From NCBI GenBank assembly GCA_012295275.1, contig CM022676.1, positions 1,054,001 to 1,118,000 of the forward strand: a stretch of DNA of 64,000 nucleotides, read 5' to 3'. This DNA comes from Chrysomallon squamiferum. Lineage: Eukaryota; Animalia; Mollusca. How positions within the stretch are numbered: the first letter of the stretch is position 1; each line of letters starts with the position of its first letter. Shown here one piece after another: positions 55,312-64,000 of this stretch. Under the pieces are notes generated by a model. That model saw nothing but the letters and a program-made list of their open reading frames with translations, was not told the DNA's origin and searched no databases. Made by a program: the position numbers and the translations under genes.

Positions 55312-56067
55312 TCATTCAGCTGTTTCGTGAATTATAGAAATTATCGCACTCGCAACACTATCACTGATATGATGAAATACACCACTGTTAGCTAATTGCC
55401 GAATTAAATCTGATTTTTGTTGCAAAGTGGGACAAATATTCTGAGACATAATATAATTACCTGATTCCATCCACTGTGGCTTCTTTCCCCGTCTCTTTGA
55501 ACGACGTGGTAGAGGCTGTGGTGGAAGTTGTGGTGAAGGTCGAGGCCGAGGTGGAGATATTGGTAAATGAGGTGAAGAAGATGAAACCGGAGAAGATGAA
55601 GGCAAATCTCCTTCATCCAGAGATAACATGTCTTGATTCTCACTAGGATCAGTTTCTGTGCTTTCAGCCTCTGGGGCATTAAGCATGTGTTCGTCAACAC
55701 CAGAACCTTCACCCTCTGTCTCAACAAGATGCTGATCGTCATTAGCAACCTGCGAGGCAGACGTAATCTCTCCAACAGTAACTTCAGGGATGGATATAAG
55801 ACCATCATCTGCTGTGGAAAATATCATATCAAGATCCTCTATCTCAGACTGTGTTTCCTCCAAATCTTGTTTCTCTGGTGTAGGATTTGAATGAAGCAGT
55901 TTCCTCCTGGGTTTCGGCTTAGGCTTTTCTTCCTTATCAGGAAGAAGGGACCCTATTGGAAGAAGATGATTTCGATGTAAGGTCCTTGTCCTTCCCTCAT
56001 CATCTTCCCTCAGTACAACGAACACCGGGATATCCTTGTTCGGCTGTGAAAGGATGAGGTATGGAAA
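55312..56067 (-). mobile_element. Ty3/Gypsy pol C-terminal tail (post-integrase), 5'-truncated
   Basis: PYLILSQPNKDIPVFVV...GRTRTLHRNHLLP, acidic/Pro-rich spacer, PRRSKRxxKxPxW, then CGAGGACG and PPT. Confidence 0.82.
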
Positions 56068-56790
56068 TTCTTATTAAGTGTGTGTGTGTCTCTCTGTCTG
56101 TATATATATATATAAACTAAGTAAAGAAAAAATAATATTGATTAGAGTGAGGTCCCTTGGGTGAGATCTACTCACTAATTCTTCGATCATTTTTAAGTTT
56201 TAAAGTGGTTGTTTATTGTTTGCTTTTTTATTTACTCTATCCTGTCTACTTTGCTTATTGTTGTTATAATTAAAAAATCAGTAAATAAAATAATTTTTTG
56301 TGTCATTTGATAGAATCGTTTTTATAATATCAGTATTTATTATTTCATTTTGTATTTCTTAATATTCTGAAATTTATTTGTTTTTAAGTTTTCTGGGAAT
56401 TTTTAATTAATTGAATTTTGTTTCTTTTACAATTTTATAATCATTCAGTACCAGAGGTTTTTATCTGTGTGTGGGTGTGTGGGTGTGTCTGTCTGTCTGT
56501 ATATATATAAACAAGGCAAAGAAAAAATGATATCGATTAGAGTTAGCTCCCTTACGTGAGATGTATTCAGTAAGCGAAGTAAAAATTATGTCGATTAGAC
56601 TTATCTCTCTTTAGTGATATGTGTTCACAAACATATATTAGAGAGAGGTGCAATAGGTGAGATGAACTCACTAAGCCTTCGATCGTTTTAAACTTTCAAA
56701 GTCGTTCTTTATTTGTTTACTTCCTTATTTCTTATATATCCTGTCTACTTTGCTTATTGTTGTTATCATTAAAAAATCAGTAAAGAAAAT
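56068..56790 (-). repeat. Inverted unit of the ~910-bp satellite
   Basis: Reverse complement of downstream units. Confidence 0.85.
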
Positions 56791-56949
56791 AATAAGCAAA
56801 GTACACAGAATAGAGTAAATAAATAAGCAAACAATAAAGAACCACTTTAAAACTTTAAAATGATCGAAGACTTAGTGAGTACATCTCACCCAAGGGACCT
56901 CACTCTAATCCATATTATTTTTTCTTTACTTAGTTTTATATATATACAG

Positions 56950-56981
<32 letters not shown>

Positions 56982-57456
56982 TTACACATCTGGTACTGAA
57001 TGCATATACAATTGTAAAATAATCAAAATTCATTTAATTAAAAATTGCCAGAAAATTTAAAAACAAATAAATTTCAGAATATTAATGAATACAAAATGAA
57101 ATAATAAATACTGATATTATAAAAACGATTCCATCAAATTACACAAAACATTATTTTATTTACTGATTTTTTTGATATAACAACAATAAGCAAAGTAGAC
57201 AGGATATATAAGAAATAAGGAAGTAAACAAATAAAGAACGACTTTGAAAGTTTAAAACGATCGAAGGCTTAGTGAGTTCATCTCACCTATTGGACCTCAC
57301 TCTAATATATGTTTCTGAACACATATCACTAAAGGGAGATAAGTCTAATCGACCTAATTTTTACTTCGGTTAGTGAATACATCTCACGTAAGGGACCTAA
57401 CTCTTATCGATATCTTTTTTCTTTGCTTTGTTTATATATATACAGACAGACAGACA

Positions 57457-57489
<33 letters not shown>

Positions 57490-58377
57490 ACACAGAGAAA
57501 GACCTCTAGTACTGAATGAGTATAAAATTGTAAAAGAAACAAATTTCAATTAATTAAAAATTGCCAGAAAATTTAAAAACAAATAAATTTGAGAATATTA
57601 ATAAATAGAAAAAGAAATAATATATACTGATATTATAAAAACGATTCTATCAAATGACACAAAACTTATTTTATTTCCTGGTTTTTTAATTATAACAACA
57701 ATAAGCAAAGTAGACAGGATAGAGTAAATAAATAAGCAAACAATAAAGAACCACTTTAAAACTTTAAAATGATCGAAGACTTAGTGAGTACATCTCACCT
57801 AAGGGACCTCACTCTAATCGATATTATTTTTTCTTTGCTTAGTTTATATATATATACAGACAGACAGGCAGACACACACACCCCCACACACACACACACT
57901 TACACATAGAAAAACCTCTGGAACTGAATGCATATACAATTGTAAAAGAATCAAAATTCAATTCATTAAAAATTGCCAGAAAATTTATAAACAAATAAAT
58001 TTCAGAATATTAATGAATACAAAATGAAATAATAAACAATGATATTATAAAAACGATTCCATCAAATGACACAAAAAATTATTTTATTTACTGATTTTTT
58101 TGATATAACAACAATAAGCAAAGTAGACAGGATATATAAGAAATAAGTAAACAAATAAAGAACGACTTTGAAAGTTTAAAACGATCGAAGGCTTAGTGAG
58201 TACAACTCACCTATTGGACCTCACTCTAATATATCTTGGTGAACACATATCACTAAAGGGAGATAAGTCTAATCGACATAATTTTTACTTCGCTTCGTGA
58301 ATACATCTCACGTAAGGGACCTAACTCTAATCGATATCATTTTTTCTTTGCTTTGTTTATATATATACAGACAGAAA

Positions 58378-58411
<34 letters not shown>

Positions 58412-60138
58412 TAAAAACCTCCGGTACTGAATGATTATAAAATTGTAAAAGAAACAAAATTCAATTAATTAAAAATCGCCAGAAAACTTGAAAACAAATA
58501 AATTTGAGAATATTAATAAATACAAAATGAAATAATAAATACTGATATTATAAAAACGATTCTATCAAATGACACAAAAAATTATTTTATTTACTGATTT
58601 TTTAATTAAAACAACAACAAGCAAAGTAGACAGGATAGAGTAAATAAATAAGCAAACAATAAAGAACCACTTTAAAACTTTAAAATGATCGAACAATTAG
58701 TGAGTACATCTCACAAAAGGAACCTCACTCTAATCGATATTATTTTTTTTTTTTTGCTTAGTTTATATATATATACAGACAGAGAGACACAGACACACAC
58801 ACACACACTTACACATAGAAAAACCTCTGGTACTGAATGCATATACAATTGTAAAAGAATCAAAATTCAATTAATTAAAAATTGCCAGAAAAATTAAAAA
58901 CAAATAAATTTCAGAATATTAATAAATACAAAATGAAATAATAAACACTGATATTATAGAAACGATTCCATCAAATGACACAAAAAAATTATTTTATTTA
59001 CTGATTTTTTAATTCTAACAACAATAAACAAAGTAGACAGGATATATAAAAAATAAGTAAGTAAACAAATAAAGAACGACTTTGAAAGTTTAAAACGATC
59101 GAAGGCTTAGTGAGTACATCTCACCTATTGGACCTCACTCTAATATATGTTGGTGAACACATATCACTAAAGGGAGATAAGTCTAATCGACATAATTTTT
59201 ACTTCGCTTAGTGAATACATCTCACGTAAGGGACCTAACCCTAATCGATATCATTTTTTCTTTGCTTAGTTTATATATATATACAGACAGACAGACAGAC
59301 ACACACACACACACACACACTTACATATAGAAAAACCTCTGGTACTGAATGCATATACAATTGTAAAAGAATCAAAATTCAATTAATTAAAAATTGCCAG
59401 AAAATTTAAAAATAAATAAATTTCAGAATATTAATAAATACAAAATGAAATAATAAATACTGATATTATAAAAACGATTCTATCAAATGACACAAAAAAT
59501 TATTTTATTTACTGATTTTTTAATTAAAACAACAACAAGCAAAGTAGACATTATAGAGTAAATAAATAAGCAAACAATAAAGAACCACTTTAAAACTTTA
59601 AAATGATCGAACAATTAGTGAGTACATCTCACAAAAGGAACCTCACTCTAATCGATATTATTTTTTTTTTTGCTTAGTTTATATATATATACAGACAGAG
59701 AGACACAGCCACACACACACACACTTACACATAGAAAAACCTCTGGTACTGAATGCATATATAATTGTAAAAGAATCAAAATTCAATTAATTAAAAATTG
59801 CCAGAAAAATTAAAAACAAATAAATTTCAGAATATTAATAAATACAAAATGAAATAATAAATACTAATATTATAAAAACGATTCCATCAAATAACACAAA
59901 AAATTATTTTATTTACTGATTTTTTAATTATAACAGCAATAAGCAAAGTTGACAGGATATATAAGAAATAAGGAAGTAAACAAATAAAGAACGACTTTCA
60001 AAGTTTAAAACGATCGAAGGTTAGTGAGTACATCTCACCTATTGGACCTCACTCTAATACATGTTTGTGAACACATATCACTAAAGGGAGATAAGTCTAA
60101 TCGACATAATTTTTACTTCGCTTAGTGAATACATCTCA
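56791..60138 (+). repeat. ~910-918-bp tandem repeat (dimer of ~400 and ~510-bp subunits) with (TA)n(CAGA)n(CA)n
   Basis: ACCACTTTAA anchors at 56841, 57750, 58666 and 59584. Confidence 0.92.
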
Positions 60139-63100
60139 CAATTATCTAAGTAAGAACGTAATTAAGTACGTAAATAATGACCTAAGTAACCAAGTATGCT
60201 AATTTCTAAGTAAGTGAGAATGCAAGGAAGTACATTAACAATTATCTAAGTAATAAATAAATTAAGTACTTACGTAAATAATGACCTAAGTAAGCAAGGA
60301 AGCAAGTAACTAAGTAAGTGAGAATATAAGTCAGTACATTTACAATTGTGTGAGTAAGAATGGAAGTAAGTATTTAACTAATGACCTAAGTTAGCAAGGA
60401 AGATAATAAGTAAGTAAATAGTAACCTAAGTAAGTACATTAGCAATTACCTAACTATGAACGAAAGTAAATAAGTACGTAAATAATGATCTAAGATGGCA
60501 AGGAAGCGAGCAACTAAGATAAAATGCAAATCTCTACATTAACAATGATCTAACTAAGAAATAAATTAATTAAATAAATTAGGTAATTGTAAATGTACTT
60601 ACTTAGGTTACTATTTACTTACTTATTCTCTTCCTTGCTAACTTAGGTCATTAGTTATTTACTTACTTACATTCTTACTTACATAATTGTAAATGTACTG
60701 ACTTGCATTCTCACTTACTTAGTTACTTGCTTCCTTGCTTACTTAGGTCATTATTTACGTAATTACTTAATTTTTTTCTTACTTAGATAATTGTTAATGT
60801 ACTTCCTTGCATTCTCACTTACTTAGAAACTAGCATACTTGGTTACTTAGGTCATTATTTACGTACTTAATTACGTTCTTACTTAGATAACTGTGAGATG
60901 TATTCACTAAGCGAAGTAAAAATTATGTCGATTAGACTTATCTCCCTTTAGTGATATGTGTTCACAAACATGTATTAGAGTGAGGTCCAATAGGTGAGAT
61001 GTACTCACTAACCTTCGATCGTTTTAAACTTTGAAAGTCGTTCTTTATTTGTTTACTTCCTTATTTCTGATAATTGTTAACGTACTTACTTGCATTCTCA
61101 CTAACTTATAAACTAGCATACTTGCTTACTTCGGTCATTATTTACCTACTTAATTACGTTCTTACTTAGATAATTGTTAATGTACAAATTTGCATTTTCT
61201 CTTAGTTGCTCGCTTCCTTGCCATCTTAAATCATTATTTACGTACTTACTTACTTTCTTTCCTAGTTAGGTAATTGTTATTGTACTTACTTGTATTCTCA
61301 CTTACTTAGAAACTAGCATACTTGCTTACTTAGGTCATTATTTACGTACTTAATTACGTTCTTACTTAGATAATTGTTAATGCACAAATTTGCATTTTCT
61401 CTTAGTTGCTCGCTTCCTTCCCATATTAGATCAATATTTACGTACATACTTACTGTCCTTCATAGATAATTGTTAATGTACTTACTTAGGTTACTATTTA
61501 CTTACTTATTCTCTTCCTTGCTAACTTAGGTCATTATTTAAGTACTTACTTACATTCTTACTCACATAATTGTTAATGTACTGACTTGCATTCTCTCACT
61601 TAGTTACTTGTTTCCTTGCTTACTTAGCTCATTATTTACGTAAGTACTAAATTTATTTCTTACTTAGATAATTGTTAACGTACTTACTTGCATTCTCACT
61701 AACTTAGTAACTTGCATCCTTGCTTACTTAGGTCATTATTTACGTACTTAATTACGTTCTTACTTAGATAATTGTTCATGTACAAATTTGCATTTTCTCT
61801 TACTTGCTCGCTTCCTTCCCATATTAGATCATTATTTACATACATACTTACTGTCCTTCATAGTTAGATAATTGTTAATGTACTTACTTAGGTTACTATT
61901 TACTTACTTATTCTCTTCCTTGCTAACTTAGGTCATTATTTAAGTACTTACTTACATTCTTACTCACATAATTGTAAATGTACTGACTTCCATTCTCACT
62001 TACTTAGTTACTTGCTTCCTTGCTTACTTAGCTCATTATTTACGTAAGTACTGAATTTATTTCTTACTTAGATAATTGTTAACGTACTTACTTGCATTCT
62101 CACTAACTTAGTAACTTGCATCCTTGCTTACTTAGGTCATTATTTACGTAATTACTTAATTTATTTCTTACTTAGATAATTGTTGATGTACAAATTTGCA
62201 TTTTCTCTTAGTTGCTCGCTTCCTTACCATCTTAGATCATTATTTACGCACTTACTTATTTTCTTTCATAGTTAGGTAATTGTTAATGTACTTACTTGCA
62301 TTCTCACTTACTTAGAAACTAGCATACTTGCTTACTTAGGTCATTATTTACGTGCTTAATTACGTTCTTACTTAGATAATTGTTAATGCACAAATTTGCA
62401 TTTTCTCTTAGTTGCTCGCTTCCTTCCCATATTAGATCATTATTTACGTACATACTTCCTGTCCTTCATAATTAGATAATTGTTAATGTACTTACTTACA
62501 TTCTCACTTACTTAGTTACTTGCTTCCTTGCTCACTTAGGCCATTATTTACGTATATACTTTCTTTGTCACTTAGATAAGTATCAATGTGGATTCTTGGA
62601 TTCTCACTTACTTTGTTACCTCCTTCCATACTTACTTAGGTCCTTATTTCGTTTCTTACTTACTTTCTATCTTACTTAGATAATTGTTAAGGTACTTACT
62701 TACATTCTCACTTACTTAGGTTACTATTCTCTTACTTACTCTCTTCCTTCTTAACTTATGTCATTATTGATGTACTTACATACTTTCTTACTTAGATAAT
62801 TTTTAAAGTACTTACTTACATTCTCATTTAGTTACTTGCTTCCTTTCTTTCTTATTGAGATCATTATTTAATTACGTACTTACTTTCTTTCATACTTAGA
62901 TAATGCTAATGTCTTTACTTACATATTCAATTACTTAGGTTACTATTTACTTATTCGCTTCCTTGATAACTTAGGTCATTATCTACGTACCTACTTTCTT
63001 TCTTACTTAGATAATTGTTAATGTAATTACTTACATTCTCAGTTACTTAGTTACTTGCTTCCTTGCTTATTTTCGCCAATTTTTACGTACATACTTTCTT

Positions 63101-64000
63101 TCTTACTTAGATAATTATTAATGTAATTACTTACTTTCTCATTTCGTTAGTTACTTGCTTACCTGCTTAATTGGGTCATTATTTAAGTACTTACCTACTT
63201 TATGACTTTCTTAGATAATTGCTAATGTATTTACTTACATTCTCCTTACTTAGGTTACTATTCTCTTACTTACTCTCTTCCTTCCTCATTTAGGTCATTA
63301 TTTATGTACTTACATACTTTCTTGCTTAGATAATATTTAAAGAATTTACATGCATTCTCACTTACTTACTTACTTGATTTCTTGCTTATTGAGGTCATTA
63401 TTTAGGTACTTATTGACTTTCTTTCTTACTTAGATAATTGCTAATGTCTTTACTTACATACTCAATTACTTAAGTTACTATTTACTTACTCGCTTCCTTG
63501 GTAACTTAGATCATTATTTGCGTACTTACGTACTTTCTTACTTAGATAATTGTTAGTGTAGTTACTTACATTCTCACTTACTTAGTTACTTCCTTCCCTG
63601 CTTACTTAGGTCATTCTTTACGTATATACTTACTTTCTTTCTTACTTAGATTATTGTTGGTATATTTACTTATATTCTCAACTACTTAGGTTACTACTTA
63701 CTTACGTATTGGCTTCCTTGCTACCTAAGGTCATTATCTATGTAGTTACTTGCATTCTTATTGAGATAATGGTTAATGTAATTACTTACATTCTCACTTA
63801 CTTAGTTACTTGCTTCCTTGCTTACTTAGGTCATTATTTACGTAATACTTACTTTCTTTCTTACTTAGATAAGTGTTAATGTAATTACTTACATTCTCGC
63901 TTTCTTAGGTTGGTATTTACTTACTTACTCGCTTCCTTGCTAACTTAGGTCATTATTTACGTACTTACTTTCTTTCTTACTTAGATAATTATTAATGTAC
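60139..64000. repeat. TAAG satellite: plus orientation to ~60570, then minus orientation, diverging distally
   Basis: CTTA-rich reverse complement of the 42-53 kb monomers. Confidence 0.92.

Overview
Eukaryotic, AT-rich, microsatellite-rich genomic DNA; an invertebrate, plausibly a mollusc (inference). Positions 9.6-26.1 kb hold a spliced, plus-strand ABCC1/MRP1-like ABC transporter (L0-TMD1-NBD1-TMD2-partial NBD2). It looks pseudogenised: a TGA forms across a splice junction, some exons are deleted, the NBD2 exon is truncated, and no TMD0 or final exons are recognisable. Two rearranged partial re-duplications of the gene follow (26.1-34.0 kb), and many of its exon/intron boundaries have been amplified into minisatellites. 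The rest is satellite DNA: a degenerate 100-bp repeat, a near-identical 422-bp CpG-rich array with a long hairpin in each unit, an assembly gap, an 11-kb TAAG-based 7-mer (712-bp) higher-order satellite, a Gypsy pol tail plus LTR, a ~910-bp microsatellite-bearing satellite and two fold-back inversions. A Sola2-like DNA transposon remnant lies in an early intron. All family assignments are from motif recognition; no searches were run.
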